Below are positions 51,573 through 64,000 of a stretch of DNA of 64,000 bases, piece by piece. The notes beneath the pieces are model-generated. The model made no database searches, was not told the DNA's origin, and worked only from the letters and a program-made list of their open reading frames with translations. How positions within the stretch are numbered: position 1 is the stretch's first letter; each line of letters begins with the position of its first letter. This DNA comes from Polymyxa betae A26-41 (lineage: Eukaryota; Protista; Endomyxa: Phytomyxea). The position numbers and the translations under genes are program-made. Where the stretch lies: positions 1 to 64,000 of the forward strand of contig RBZT01000853.1 of the NCBI GenBank assembly GCA_003693705.1, in the 5' to 3' direction.

Positions 51573-53708
51573 ATGGCGATCGATCAGGATGTGCCAGGAC
51601 GTGGAGAGCCCGGCCCTGTCATACCATCGCCTAAACCGAATTCGTTCGAGATGAAGTCAGTGGAATACTGGCCCACCACCCCATTCATACATTCTGAATG
51701 TCACATCACAGCAATGCTGACTTAATATTCGATGATTTACACCCGAAGAAAACGCGCAGGTTGGTCGATTTTATGTTTTAACAGAACAGACCAGAAGATT
51801 GACAGTTGTTGTCAGTGCTACATCACGAGTTGATGTATTTGAGGCCAGGTAAGCACAAATATTAGTTGATCTACTTAATATGTTGTATGACTGATAATAG
51901 TTCATTTATGGATGACGCCAATATCCAGCTAGAAACTCTACATCGTCAGGTTTTTGCTCTTGCCAAGCAATCACGAGCACGAAGTGCTGTCCCATGGAAT
52001 TCAATTCAGAGATCACGTATGCAGAAGGCCGCCATCGTTGAGATGGAAGATGATGCCAGCCTGGCCCGATTTGATATTGATATAACCGGAAACCAGGTCA
52101 AGGCGTTGACCGGACGACATCCTGGCGCCAATCGACGACAGATCGCTGATCTCATGCATCGGTTACGTGATGCCGATGCCATTGGCGTGTACGCCCGTCG
52201 GCAAGGGTTGCGCATCGTGGATGAGATCAACGAACAGATCGCCGACCTGATCGATAAGATTGAGAAACGAATGGTGCTTGTTGATCATGATGATCGTATG
52301 CCAAGATCAAAAGCATCACAAAGACGTGCTCATTATTTAGCTGTATTGGATGATCGACTGGATAAATCGAGGTCCACAATTGCTTATACTTGTTTTGGCT
52401 TTTCTTCTCCGTTTATATTCGTTTCTCCCCCTTGTTTGTTGATCTTTCATACAGCAAAAATCTGTCACGACGTGTTGTTTTGGTTCTCACAGTTTACTCA
52501 ATTTCGAGCAGGAGATGGAACAACGAACTTCGAACGCAGAACGCTGCCCTTCGTCAGGATATCGATGGGCTCAATCTGGAACGCCGCACCGACCTGGCCA
52601 TGCTGGCCCGCCTGGGCGACGCCGTCGTCGAGCAGCGGGTCGCGATTCGGACGCTGTTGGACGGCATACAGCAGGCCGAGCTGGGCCAGAACGCCGCTCT
52701 GGGTGAACTGGCCCCCTTGGAGACCCAACACAGAGCCGAAGCACAAACGTTCGCTGCGGGTTGGGCCAGGACGGCTGAACTTGATGAGCGGCATCGCGCT
52801 CTTGAGCAAGAAATCATTCGAATGAAGGTACTTTTGGGTTCTTCAGCTTGTTGCGTTTGTCTACTCAACAATCGGCTCTGTAGGGCGAAATGTATTTTGG
52901 TGAAAGTGGCCATACTGATCCAGATGATGCAGCTCAGGATATCATGTCTCGTACTGCCTGGCGTATCGGTAAAGACAAGGCTATGCTACAGGCTGTAACA
53001 GCTCGACATAAACAACTTCAAGGTTTAGTTCAGGATCTTCAACGACTTACAAGCACCACCAATTTCGATGAAATCGTGGCACGGCTGGAACGGGCCGATT
53101 CCGATCAGCTAGTCCAGTACGGCACGTTGCAATCGCTGATCGTCGAGCTGGCCGAACTGCAACGTGAGATGGTGAAATCCACAGGCTCGGAGCCTGGCAA
53201 ACGCCCTCCTAGCCCACGAGCCATCGTAATACCGGACCCGGAACAACTAGAGAACGAAGCTGTCAAACTAAGAGGGATATTCACATCAATGACAGATATG
53301 ATGATTGATATGATGGAGAGATTGAGGTTATCTGGTGTATCACTGTGTTCAGAAGCAATTAGAAATGGGTAAGATTACAGCCGAGATTCTTTAATTTTTA
53401 TTTGACCTTTTGCACGCTCTGGAAGTACAGAAATTATTGACTTCTGTTCGTTTTGGGGGGACCATACGTGTCGGTTCTTATAGAGTAACTGTAGAGTAAT
53501 GACGGTTGGTGTAACCGCTCAGAATATCGAATCAATTGTTGCTGGTCTCGAGGATGATATCATAACATTACTGAATCGATTGGGAATGCCGAATAAAGTA
53601 GGTATCGATCCTGGATGGAAAGATCCAGATAATGTTGAGGATACATTATGTGTTATGTTACCATCTCTACATCAATATATTGATGATGATGATATCGATA
53701 TCAGATAG
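51573..53708 (+). CDS. Coiled-coil protein resembling outer dynein arm docking complex DC2/ODAD1
   Basis: NNELRTQNAALRQDIDGLNLER and LQRLTSTTNFDEIVARLERADSDQLVQY resemble CCDC114/ODA1 segments; long coiled coils. Confidence 0.6.
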
Positions 53709-53913
53709 CATAATAAACCCTAACACTATCTACACCTCTGAAACCTACGACTGATCGGTGCAGCTGCAGACATTTCGATTTCCAGTGAGCCTTCTTCGTT
53801 CTTTAAAAGATTATGGGTCCAACCAAGCAAAGTCCGTGACGGACCTGGTCCATTGCGGAGCCTCTATATCACCAAGATTGATCAGAAAGAGAGCTCCTGT
53901 TGAGGGCTTTGTG

Positions 53914-56900
53914 ATGGGGCTGGATAGGGGCCAGCAGCCCTGGGCCGATGCCCTCTTCCCTCAAGATAAACATCAGAAGGCACCATTAGACCGTCCTATA
54001 TCGTCCTTACAAGATAAATGGCTACTTCTGCCTGCTTTCTTGAAGGTCCGTGGTCTTGTCCATCAACATATTGCATCATTCGACTATTTCGTTAACAAAG
54101 AGATGCATGATATTATGATGGCTAATCAGACTGGTAACGAAATGCTACCGAGACGTACGTTACCGCTCATGCCATGATACCAGTCACTTGTGATGCCGAT
54201 CCATCGTTCTTCTTACGTTATACCGGAATCAATGTGGGCATGCCATGTGCAGGTCTCTCATACTGACATCTCACTGTCCAACGTATCGTTACCTGAAACG
54301 TGAATAGATGACGATCTCATGTCCGCTACTCGTGTTACACCCAATGAATGTCGATTACGTAACATGACATACAGTGCTCCGATTACGGTGCGTACTGACC
54401 CACTTTAATAGTCGACCTCCAGTGATTTTGATTTGTTGATTCATATTCATGTCGCAATTGGATTTTGCTTCATTTAAACGCAAGTTTGACGAGCTTTTTA
54501 TTGGGCCTGGTGCTGTTTGAAGTTTTGAGAGACTAAAGACACAATGATTAGGTTGATGTGGAATACACACGAGGACGTCAGCTGGTACGACGAAAGGGCG
54601 TTACGATTGGAAAGATGCCCATCATGTTACGATCCAGTAAATGCGTTCTGACAAGAAAATCACACGAGGTTGATCATCGTGATCCGCTTGATTATCAGCG
54701 GTGCCTAAATTACTTGACAGGCATTGTCTAAACTAAAGGAATGTCCTCATGATCCTGGTGGCTATTTTGTATGTAAAGGTGCTGAGAAGGTCATTCTCAT
54801 TCAGGAGCAGCTTTCTAAGAACAGAATCATTCTGGAATCTGATTCCAAAACTGGTACGCTGCCATTCCCCAATCTGTTTGATTCACTTTTCCAAAACCTC
54901 TTTAAATCGTCGAGATCGAACAATTATCCTCTTGTTGCTTTCCGTAAAGAGAAAAATGCTGTTCGATTCTGGATCGTTTTCCGCGTTTGGTTACACCGAC
55001 TGGTCTCGTATTTAGGAGTGGTGAACGCCTCGATCACGTCGTCGACGCACGAACGGAAATCAAAGACCGATATCTACATGAAAAAGAACAGAATTCTGCT
55101 GAAGCATAACAGTCTCACTGAAGATATCCCCATCGCTATCGTTCTCAAAGGTAATGATCACCTCTGATGCGGTGCTGGCCCGGGCTCTGTGTCTTCATCG
55201 CTAACTGCTGCTGCAGCTATGGGTATCGAGACCGATCAGCAGGCTCTGCAAATGATCGGAAGCGAACATTGCTCACAGTTTATACCCTGTCTCGAAGACG
55301 CCAAATCCAACAAGGTCGCCTATCTGCAAAATTTGTTGTTTAGTGTTGATCGACCTTCTCATTGTTTCTTTGTTGAAAATGTTTCATTTTACGATAACTT
55401 TACGCGCTGAAGCCGAATGGCTATTTGCAGGTTTTCACCTCGCTTCAAGCATTGGAATATATTTCATCACGAGTTCGTGTGTCGGGTCAGCGCCGGTTTG
55501 GAAAGTCGTCACGAATCGACGAAGCTCGAGAGGCGCTGGCCACTCTGGTCCTGTGTCATGTTCCGGTCGTACAATACGACTTCCTTCTGAAATCCATCTA
55601 TGTTGCCTATATCATCCGTCGCCTCATTCATGTCTCCAATGATCCCAAACTGGTACAGTTTATCAGCAATAATATGCTCGGTTTCTCATACAAAATTGTG
55701 TACTAGGTTGATGATAAGGATTACTATGGTAACAAGCGATTAGAATTGGCTGGTCAGCTACTATCGCTGTTATTTGAAGATTTATTCAAGAAGTTCAATT
55801 TCGAACTATCCCGACATGCAACTGCCGTTCTATCGAAACCAACTCGAGCTGAACAATTCGATGTACTGAAATGTATTCGATTGGATACTATAACTCAGGG
55901 AATGAATATCGCTATATCAACTGGCAACTGGAAAGTCAAACGATTCCGAATGGATCGAGCTGGTGTGACACAGGTCATTAGGGTCCAACCCTAAACCCTA
56001 ACTATTTCTGATATTATTCCCAGGTTCTAACTAGACTCAGCTTCATCTCTGCTCTCAGTACGATGACCCGAATCACATCGCAATTCGAGAAAACGCGAAA
56101 AATCTCAGGTGCGGTTGACACCCGAATCTTCAATATTGCACGTGCGCTGAGCTCGTCGCCGTCGTACAGGTCCACGTTCGCTGCAGCCGTCGCAATGGGG
56201 GATGTTGTGCCCATCGGACACGCCCGAAGGTGAATCCTGTGGTCTCGTCAAGGTTCGTACCAGGATTGCCGTACTGGCCCTGTTCCCCGCTGATTCGTCG
56301 TTGTAGAATTTGGCTCTGCTGTCGCATATCACAACCGATACGGAATCTGGGCCCGTCGTACGTGTGCTGTTCGCATTGGGCGTTGAAGACATCCAGCTGG
56401 GTAAGAATGTCAGCTGCGTTTAGGCTCTGATCTTAGAGCGGCTAGTGTCTGGTGCTGAACATCTTGCTGGTGGTCATATCGTGTTCCTGAACGGTCTCGT
56501 GATCGGTGTCCATCTCAATGTTCAGCAGCTGGTTCGTGATGTTAGACGTTTGAGACGTCGCGGATTCGTTCATGAATTCGTCTCCATTTATGAGGATTTC
56601 GTACAGGTCAGTGACAGCTTTTGAGGGTTTCCTCGTTTTCCGGTTCTTTTTAGTTTATTGTTTCGTTCATATCAAGATTTCTCTTTCATATAATCCAGCT
56701 GTTTCTCACTGACAATCACTGGATAGCGTACTGTTTCGATATCAACTGATGGAGGACGTATTTGTCGTCCGTTATTGATCGTCGAGAATGGCAGATTATT
56801 GCTAACCCAGCGAGATATCGAAGACCTTCGCCGAGGTATTCGTTATTGCCATCTTCCTCGTATTATGCTTTTATCCCATGGCTCAGGCGTGCTGGAATTC

Positions 56901-59369
56901 TCCGATTTCCTCAAACGTGGCATTGTCGAATATCTTGACGTTAACGAGGAGAATAACAGTTTCATTGCATTGAATGAGACGGAGATTAGACCAGAAGTTA
57001 CTCATGTTGAAATCGATCCCATGACGATTCTTGGTGTTGCTGCAGGTTCGTCCATCAGTTTTTTTTGTTGTTTTTCAACGGCTTTTGATCTGCGAACCAT
57101 CGATTTTATGCTCTGTTTAACAAAGATCTCGTTAGGTCTGATTCCATATCCACATCATAATCAGAGTCCTCGTAACACTTACCAATCAATCATGGTCGGT
57201 TTCTATCAATTGTTGCCTATCAAATCTGATTGGGTTTGGTGTTAGGGTAAGCAAGCTATTGGTGCAATCTCATACAATCAATATCTTCGTATTGATACTC
57301 TCCTGTATCTTCTGGTTTATCCTCAAAGACCTCTCTGTAAAACGCGCTCCATTGAGCTCACCGGGTAAATTTCCATTATTTGATCGTTGCTTGCTTCAAA
57401 ATCTTCGTTTAGTCAAATTTGCTCTTTGATATCTGTTTGATTCATTTCTGGATATTTCCGGGTTTCTCTCAATATTGCTTTATTCGAGTTTGCTTCTAAG
57501 CAATCGCTTTATCAGGTATGAAAATCTTCCAGCCGGTCATAATGCCACGGTTGCAGTTATGTCGTATTCCGGTTACGATGTTGAGGATGCCATCGTCCTG
57601 AACAAGGTCAAAATGCTTAACAATTATCGAATATCATTCGATTTGATGCTTCGTTCAGGCATCACTGGATCGCGGCTTCGGTAGATGTATGGTGTTCAGG
57701 AAATACGAGACCATGATGAAGAGGTATTCATGTTTCCCGATTCTGCCGCATTGTTCAGTTTTGTGCTCGCTAAAACATTCTACCAATCGATCGCATCTTT
57801 CCCTTTAACGCCGATGTTGAACGTTTCAAATCATCTGCCGTCGTTTAACTTCTCAATCAAGTTGTTTTGTCTCTTTGTCATTCATGGCCTTTTAGGTATC
57901 CAAATGGAACCACAGATCGTATTGTTGGCCCTCCCGACCATCTCGTATCTCCGAGAGATGACAAATTCCACGCCCTTGATAAGGACGGGATCTGTCATGT
58001 TGGTTCCAGAGTCTGCTAATTGGTCAAAACGCTTTTTGTATTGCTGATCGGGTCTCCATCGCGCAGGTACTGGCCCGCGACACGCTTGTCAATAAACAGT
58101 CGCCGATCAATATGATGGATCCCACGAATCGTCCCGACTCTCTGACTGATGCTCAATATCAGGTCGAACCGTTATTCAGAGGGTTTTTGCATCATTCTAA
58201 ACGAAGCTGCTTTTAGAATTCACCTCTGACATTTAGCGGTCCTGGTATAACCGCTGTTGATCAAGTCTGTCTCACATCGAACGAGAGCGATCACTTCCTC
58301 ATCAAAGTCCTGATGCGTTCGACACGTCGCCCGGAATTAGGTCAGCCAAATTCACTCTCAAACCGAACTCGCTTTCAACTTATGACTTAGGTGATAAGTT
58401 CTCATCTCGACATGGTCAGAAGGGTGTTTGTGGTGTCATCGTCCGTCAGGAAGATCTTCCATTTAGTGAACGTGGTATATGTCCTGATATTATCATGAAT
58501 CCACACGGTTTGCAATGATTGGTTGCTCTCCTTCTTCTTCATTCATTGGTGGTCGTTAGGTTTCCCAAGTCGTATGACTGTTGGTAAAATGATCGAGCTA
58601 ATGGCCGGCAAAGCCGGCGTCATGACTGGTGACTTCAAATACGGGACAGCTTTTGGTGGTGATAAAGTCAAAGATCTGTCTGAGATTCTGGTCAAATGCG
58701 GGTTCAATTATCATGGTCGTGATATTCTGACATCTGGTATCACTGGAGAGACCATGAATGTTTATATTTACATGGGACCTATCTACTATCAGAAGCTGAA
58801 ACACATGGTACGATTTTCATTATTGAAATTCAACTTTCTTTTCAAAAGTTGTTGGCAGCAAGTTGTTTACTTTTTCATTGTTAACTGAACGGCTTTGAAG
58901 GTTATGGATAAGATTCATGCACGTGCTCGGGGACCAAGAGCAGGTCTTACTCGTCAACCAACCGAAGGTCGATCAAGGGAAGGTGGTCTTCGTCTGGGTG
59001 AAATGGAACGTGATTGTCTTATCGGATATGGTGCATCGATGCTGTTGCAAGAGGTCGGTTGTTTCTATTCTTCGTTCACACCCGGGCTTGACGTGCTCCC
59101 ACAGCGTCTGATGTTATCGTCAGATAAATTCACGGTTCATGTCTGCCAAGAATGTGGGTTAATTGGATATAGAGATAAATCTGGCAATATTCATTGTCCT
59201 CATTGCAGATCCGGGGACCAGGTTGGCGCTCTCCACCAATGGGTAGATTGTCTTGTTGACATGTCTGTCACAGGTAGTAATGCTACAGATTCCATACGCC
59301 TGCAAGCTGCTTTTCCAAGAATTACAAGCCATGAATATCATTCCAAAGCTTCAACTTGAAAACTTGTGA
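53914..59369 (+). CDS. RPC2: RNA polymerase III second-largest subunit
   Basis: [68 protein letters not shown]; many introns. Confidence 0.97.
55978..56002. repeat. Intronic telomere-like repeats
   Basis: TTAGGGTCCAACCCTAAACCCTAA inside an RPC2 intron. Confidence 0.7.
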
Positions 59370-59551
59370 AAATGTCATTTCTTTCTGGCCCAATGATCGT
59401 TCGATTTATGCAAGCTTTTTATGTCAATAGGCCTATTTTTCAAGACTAAAATAATGATTGGGAACCGAAGATATTTACAATGAGTGTTGCTTTTATTTTA
59501 ATGGTTTGTTTGCGGTATGCTTCAACTAAGCATTGATAACCAGTTTGTTGC

Positions 59552-59971
59552 TCAATCGATACGGATGAGGTTGGCGTTCTCTCTCCTCTCGAGTTTAGGA
59601 ATATCAATCTTTAAGATGCCATTATCGAACTTGGCGCTGATATTAGCGGAATCGACATCTTTTGGCAGGCGAATTTGTCGGGAATAGTGGCCATATGTTC
59701 GCTCCGAGAAATGAACATGTTCGTCAGACCCAGTCTGCTCTTCTTTATGTTCAGCAGATACCATCAGGACACCGTTTTCGAAGCTAATCTTCATTTCCTC
59801 TTTCTTAATTCCCGGTGCTTCAACAATCAGCTCATATTCTTTGGGACGCTCCTTCAGCTCCATCTTCATGCTGGGGGATGTAGTCGTGCCTTGGACGGCC
59901 CTTTTCCTGGAATCATTCCCGAACAGTTGTCGGTCCAGTTCACGATGGAAGTCGAACAGAGATAGTGACAT
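59552..59971 (-). CDS. Small heat-shock protein (HSP20)
   Basis: Alpha-crystallin domain EAPGIKKEE..ERTYGHYSRQIRLP..AKFDNGILKIDIPK. Confidence 0.96.
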   Translation of the reverse strand: MSLSLFDFHRELDRQLFGNDSRKRAVQGTTTSPSMKMELKERPKEYELIVEAPGIKKEEMKISFENGVLMVSAEHKEEQTGSDEHVHFSERTYGHYSRQIRLPKDVDSANISAKFDNGILKIDIPKLERRENANLIRID

Positions 59972-60049
59972 TTTGTTGAACGATCAAATTTGTATCTGAT
60001 CAAATGATGTGATGTGATCGCTGCTTAAATTCTTGCCTGCTCCATGCTC

Positions 60050-60195
60050 GGAACCTTCTTAGATACTTCCGCAGAACATTCCGCTACGACAACCTTGACA
60101 TAAGAATCATCCGGTCGCCTACTGTCATGCTAGGGTTTTCTGACTGATGTTAGGGTTTCTTGACTGAGGTCAGAATGTTCTGTTGTTTCTAAGAT
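60050..60195. promoter_or_regulatory. Bidirectional HSP20 promoter with heat-shock elements and a duplicated telo-box unit
   Basis: GAAnnTTC at 60051, 60074 and 60173; 20-nt unit TAGGGTTTyyTGACTGA(t/g)GT twice at 60131-60170. Confidence 0.75.
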
Positions 60196-60311
60196 ACTTT
60201 ACATGACAGAGTTGATTGTCTGGAATCTCATTAAGATGACGCATGACAGGATTTAAGCGCGAATCGTATCTCGGTTTCAGCCAGATTTCAAATACATCGA
60301 TTAACAATCAA

Positions 60312-60728
60312 ATGTCACTTTCATTGTTTGACTTCCACCGTGATTTGGACCGACAGCTGTTCGGCAATGACGTTTGGGCGAGAGCCGCTCAAGGCACTAC
60401 ATCGCCCTGTATGAAGATGGAACTCAAGGAACGCCCCAAGGGATACGAATTAGTCGTTGAAGCTCCTGGAGTTAAGAAGGAAGAAATGCAGATCAGCTTC
60501 GAGAATGGCGTTCTGATGGTATCTGCTGAACACAAAGAAGAGAAGACTGGCTCAGACGAACGTGTTCATTTCTCAGAGCGAACCTATGGTCACTACTCTC
60601 GGCAGATTCGTCTTCCAAAGAACGTTGACGCATCGAACATCAGTGCCAAATATGAGAATGGTGTCCTCAAAGTTGAAATCCCCAAAACTGAAAAAAATCC
60701 CAGTGCTAATTTGATCAAAATCCAGTAA
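60312..60728 (+). CDS. Small heat-shock protein (HSP20), paralog
   Basis: Highly similar to the divergent copy; start MSLSLFDFHR at 60312. Confidence 0.96.
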   Translation: MSLSLFDFHRDLDRQLFGNDVWARAAQGTTSPCMKMELKERPKGYELVVEAPGVKKEEMQISFENGVLMVSAEHKEEKTGSDERVHFSERTYGHYSRQIRLPKNVDASNISAKYENGVLKVEIPKTEKNPSANLIKIQ

Positions 60729-61371
60729 ATGACATCTAATAATAATACAAAATTAACTTAAACCTTTTTCAATACAAAAATTGGAACTTCAAAAGTAGAT
60801 CAGACAGACTTGGTTTGAGTTCAGTTCAGCAAACTGTACAGGTAGTCAATTAACGAGCGGGGGTCGCCTCAAACCTAAAACCGTTCTGGATGTGACGTTA
60901 ATTCACAAAAAAATCAGTCCTTGCATGATTTCTGATTCCTGCGGTTAATGTCTGATCTGAAGAGGTTACGACTCTCCCTAATATCAAAAAAAGCAATAGC
61001 AGCGACATTAGATGGTGACAGATCGGGGTAATAGTACTTATTGCTGGAAGGGTAAACTTGCAATGTTGAAAGTGCAGATGATTAGTTTATTGAAATGCAT
61101 AATTTCCAAGATATCACAATTGCATAGTATCAGGCGAAATCTCTCAACCCTCGAAGTCAAGCAGGCGCTCTTGGTAAAATGTAACGTTATTTTGCCGTTT
61201 CTTCCGCTTCAGTCTTTATAGTCTGTGATTACGAATATGACACAGGCACCGAGGCACGAGCCTGCAGAAGCAGCAATCGGCGGTATGGCGCGGTTTCTGC
61301 CAAGCAGGGCCAGGATAACGGCACGCGTCCTGGGCGTGCTGTAATGTCACCATTGCTGGAAGGTGCGGCCA

Positions 61372-64000
61372 ATGATGAAGGCTTGGATTCTGCTGTCGCT
61401 GTGTGCGCTTGGCATAGCGTTGCAATATCCGGCGACCTTCACGTTAGTCAATTTGAATGGCAAGATCGACGATTTGGACAAGAAACGACGCAGCGTTTTG
61501 ACCGGGCTCGGATCGTTAAGTGATTGTGCAGATGCTTGTACTGCAGATTCTTCTTGTCAATCTGTAATGTGGCTTACGAATAGCTCACTCTGTCATACAT
61601 TCTCGCTCCGGCCGTGTCAAGTCGATACCGATTTCGGTACCGATTCAGGAGTGATCCTGGAAAAAAGCTCAGACGTCTCTATTGCCCAAAATTTCGTCCC
61701 ATTTCAAGCCGTCTCTTGCGGTAATGATTGATTCATGTTTGTGTCTCTATGTCACATCGTCGTCTTACTGAAGGTTTCCAGGTCAATATTATGGACATAT
61801 GGTCAATTCGTATACTGATCAAGTGACGTTCACGAACAAAATCATCGATCAGGCCACGATCAGTCAAATAAATGCACTCACAACAAAATGCAAAAATCAT
61901 TGTACAAAGTAAGGTTGCTGGGTGTCAGTAATTTTACACTTACTTAGCACAGCAGTGCCTCCTGCTCCTCCTACACTTTTGTTGTGAAGGTCACAAGCAT
62001 TAGTACTATTGATGTCGAATGCTCGACATTTTATGACTCTATTTATACCCTTGGTTCTGGCCATGGGGTTTTTTCTAAATCAGCTAGCGATTGTGGTCTC
62101 TCTGCCACAACTTATGGTATCATTGGTGATGCCATATCAAGAGTCAATTGTGGCGTACAGCAGCGGACGTCACCTGTAATTACGACTTTGGCTCCTACGT
62201 TCCAATCCCCTACCAGCTCTGTAGCAATATTTCAGCCCATCTCAATATCTAGCACATCAGCTCCAACTGCAGCGCCTCCTGCCGCTGCTTCTACAGCTCC
62301 TTCATCTGAAGCACAAAAACTGCCTGCTGCTTTAGCTTCTAGTTCGTCCGCAGCTCCGACTGTGGCTCCCTCAGACACTGCTCTCGCTAGTTCTTCCATA
62401 ACAACCCTGCCTCCTTCTACATCGGTTGCTTTCGCTTCATCAACTCCTATGACACATTTTTCGACGGCAACTTCACCAAAGGGGACAGCAAAGGCCCCGG
62501 CAGCGGCGTCCTCTGCATCTGTTGCACGCTCGCTGTCAACTGCGCCGCCAAGTAATACTTTCTGGGCAGCCACCTCCACGTTAACAACATCTCCTATCAC
62601 TTCTTTGCCGTTTCCGTCATTGAAAGAGACCACAAAACTCTCGCCTTCTACGGTCTCGGAGTCAGTGGCTCCTTCTACAAGTGCTTTGGCGATTGCGTTT
62701 TGGCTGGCGACTACAGCAACTTCCAATCCTACTTCTTCTGCTGGTGTGACTCGTTCTTCAACCTTTACGTCGCCGAAGAAGAGCACGATTGCCCCGGCTG
62801 CTGCTGCTTTGAAAACAACGGTGCCCCCTGCAAGTTCTTGGGTGGCTACTTCTCTGCAGATGCCTGCAGCAGCTTTCAGTGCCAAACCTTCAACACCCGC
62901 TACTGGCCTGCTGACCCAAACGTCTCCGAAGCCGAGTGTCCCGGCAGCAACTTTTTTGTTAACAACAATGCCTGGTTCAAGTTTTTCGACGTCTCCGCTG
63001 ATGACTACAAGCGTCTCACCACCCGCTACTCATTCTTCGACCACAACGTCAAAAATGAGTACTACAACGCCACCAGCTGTCACTTCTTCGGTGGCTGGAA
63101 GTTCGTCGGCGATTTCGTCTCCGTTGGTGACTACAACTGCTCATAGTGCCACTTCATCAGCACCGTCTGCCCAGTCCTTGGCCACGACGTCACCAAATGA
63201 GAGTTCAACCGCTCCTGGTGCGACTTCCTCGGTGACAACAGCTCCATCAACAAGTTCATCCTCGACTTCGTCTCCACTTGCTACCACCGCCGCTCCCAGT
63301 ATCACTTCTTCAGCATTCACTAGTCGTTTTTCTACCTCGGAGTCACCGATGGAGAGTACGATGGCCCCGACGGCCACCTCGTCTGTAACAACGAATCCAT
63401 TTTCAAGTTTATCCTCGACTTCGTCTCCGCTGGCGACCACATCCGCTCTCACTGTCACTTCTTTAGCACCAACTAGTCGTTTTTCGACTTCGGCGTCTCC
63501 GAAGGACAGTACGACGTCCCCGGCTACCACCTCGTTGGTGAAAACGAGTTCGTCCTCGACTTCGTCTCCGCTGGCGACCACATCCGCTCCCACTGTCACT
63601 TCTTCAGCACCAACTAGTGGCTCTTCGACCTCGGCGTCACCGAAGGAAAGTACGACTGCCCCGGTTGCCACCTCGTCTGTGACAACGGCTCCATCCTCAA
63701 GTTTATCCTCGACTTCGTCTCCGCTGGCGACCACATCCGCTCCCACTGTCACTTCTTTAGCACCCACTAGTGGTTCTTCGACCTCGGCATTACCGAAGGA
63801 AAGTACGACTGCCCCGGTTGCCACCTCGTCTGTGACAACGGCTCCATCCTCAAGTTTATCCTCGAATTCGTCTCCGCTGGCGACCACATCCGCTCCCACT
63901 GTCACTTCTTTAGCACCCACTAGTGGTTCTTCGACCTCGGCATTACCGAAGGACAGTACGACATCCTCGGCTACCACCTCGTTGGTGAAAACGAGTTCGT
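61372..64000 (+). CDS. Secreted or surface PAN/apple-domain mucin-like protein, 3'-truncated by the window edge
   Basis: Signal MMKAWILLSLCALGIA; PAN-like SLSDCADACTADSSCQSV..CHTFS and a second KCKNHCT..CSSY..CSTF; then a >600-aa Ser/Thr/Ala/Pro-rich open exon. Confidence 0.85.
63170..64000 (+). repeat. Coding minisatellite with 153- and 141-nt units
   Basis: Anchor CTCGA(C/A)TTCGTCTCC recurs at 63261, 63414, 63555, 63708 and 63861 (periods 153, 141, 153, 153). Confidence 0.95.

Noticed and set aside
62232-63977. Long minus-strand Val/Glu/Ala-rich ORFs and the Cys/Phe-rich + ORF at 62700-63146
   Set aside because: Antisense and alternate-frame shadows of the Ser/Thr mucin exon.
1-64000. CRISPR arrays, tRNA/rRNA genes or prokaryotic operons
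   Set aside because: None seen; the window is spliceosomal-intron-rich eukaryotic DNA and its repeats are coding or promoter duplications.

Overview
Gene-dense, intron-rich eukaryotic nuclear DNA (standard code, mostly ~45-60 nt GT-AG introns with degenerate donors, very short intergenic gaps). Gene content and style suggest a flagellated protist, possibly a phytomyxid such as Spongospora or Plasmodiophora; that taxonomy is inference only. About 28 protein genes can be reconstructed by hand across introns. These include cytochrome c, UMP1, a bZIP factor, a secreted filamin/PA14 protein, class I aldolase, a GT13 GnT-I-like enzyme, RanBP1, PXMP4, RPL13A, CSE1, BOP1, IST1, an NHE antiporter, an ODA-docking-complex-like protein, RPC2, a divergent HSP20 pair and a PAN+mucin protein. 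Two decayed DNA transposons are present: a PIF/Harbinger element and a Tc1/mariner-type element with a long D-E insert. Most notable observations: (1) a predicted type-I surface protein built from a run of frame-symmetric 36-48 nt exons, reminiscent of schistosome micro-exon genes; (2) a ~290 nt almost C-free stretch abutting the Harbinger end; (3) plant-like telo-box motifs concentrated near gene starts; (4) unusual domain architectures (tandem Tim21/Coa1-like, GT13 plus MGAT5-like tail, SHP-box membrane protein, orphan ferredoxin-like miniprotein). All exon structures are manual predictions without transcript data.
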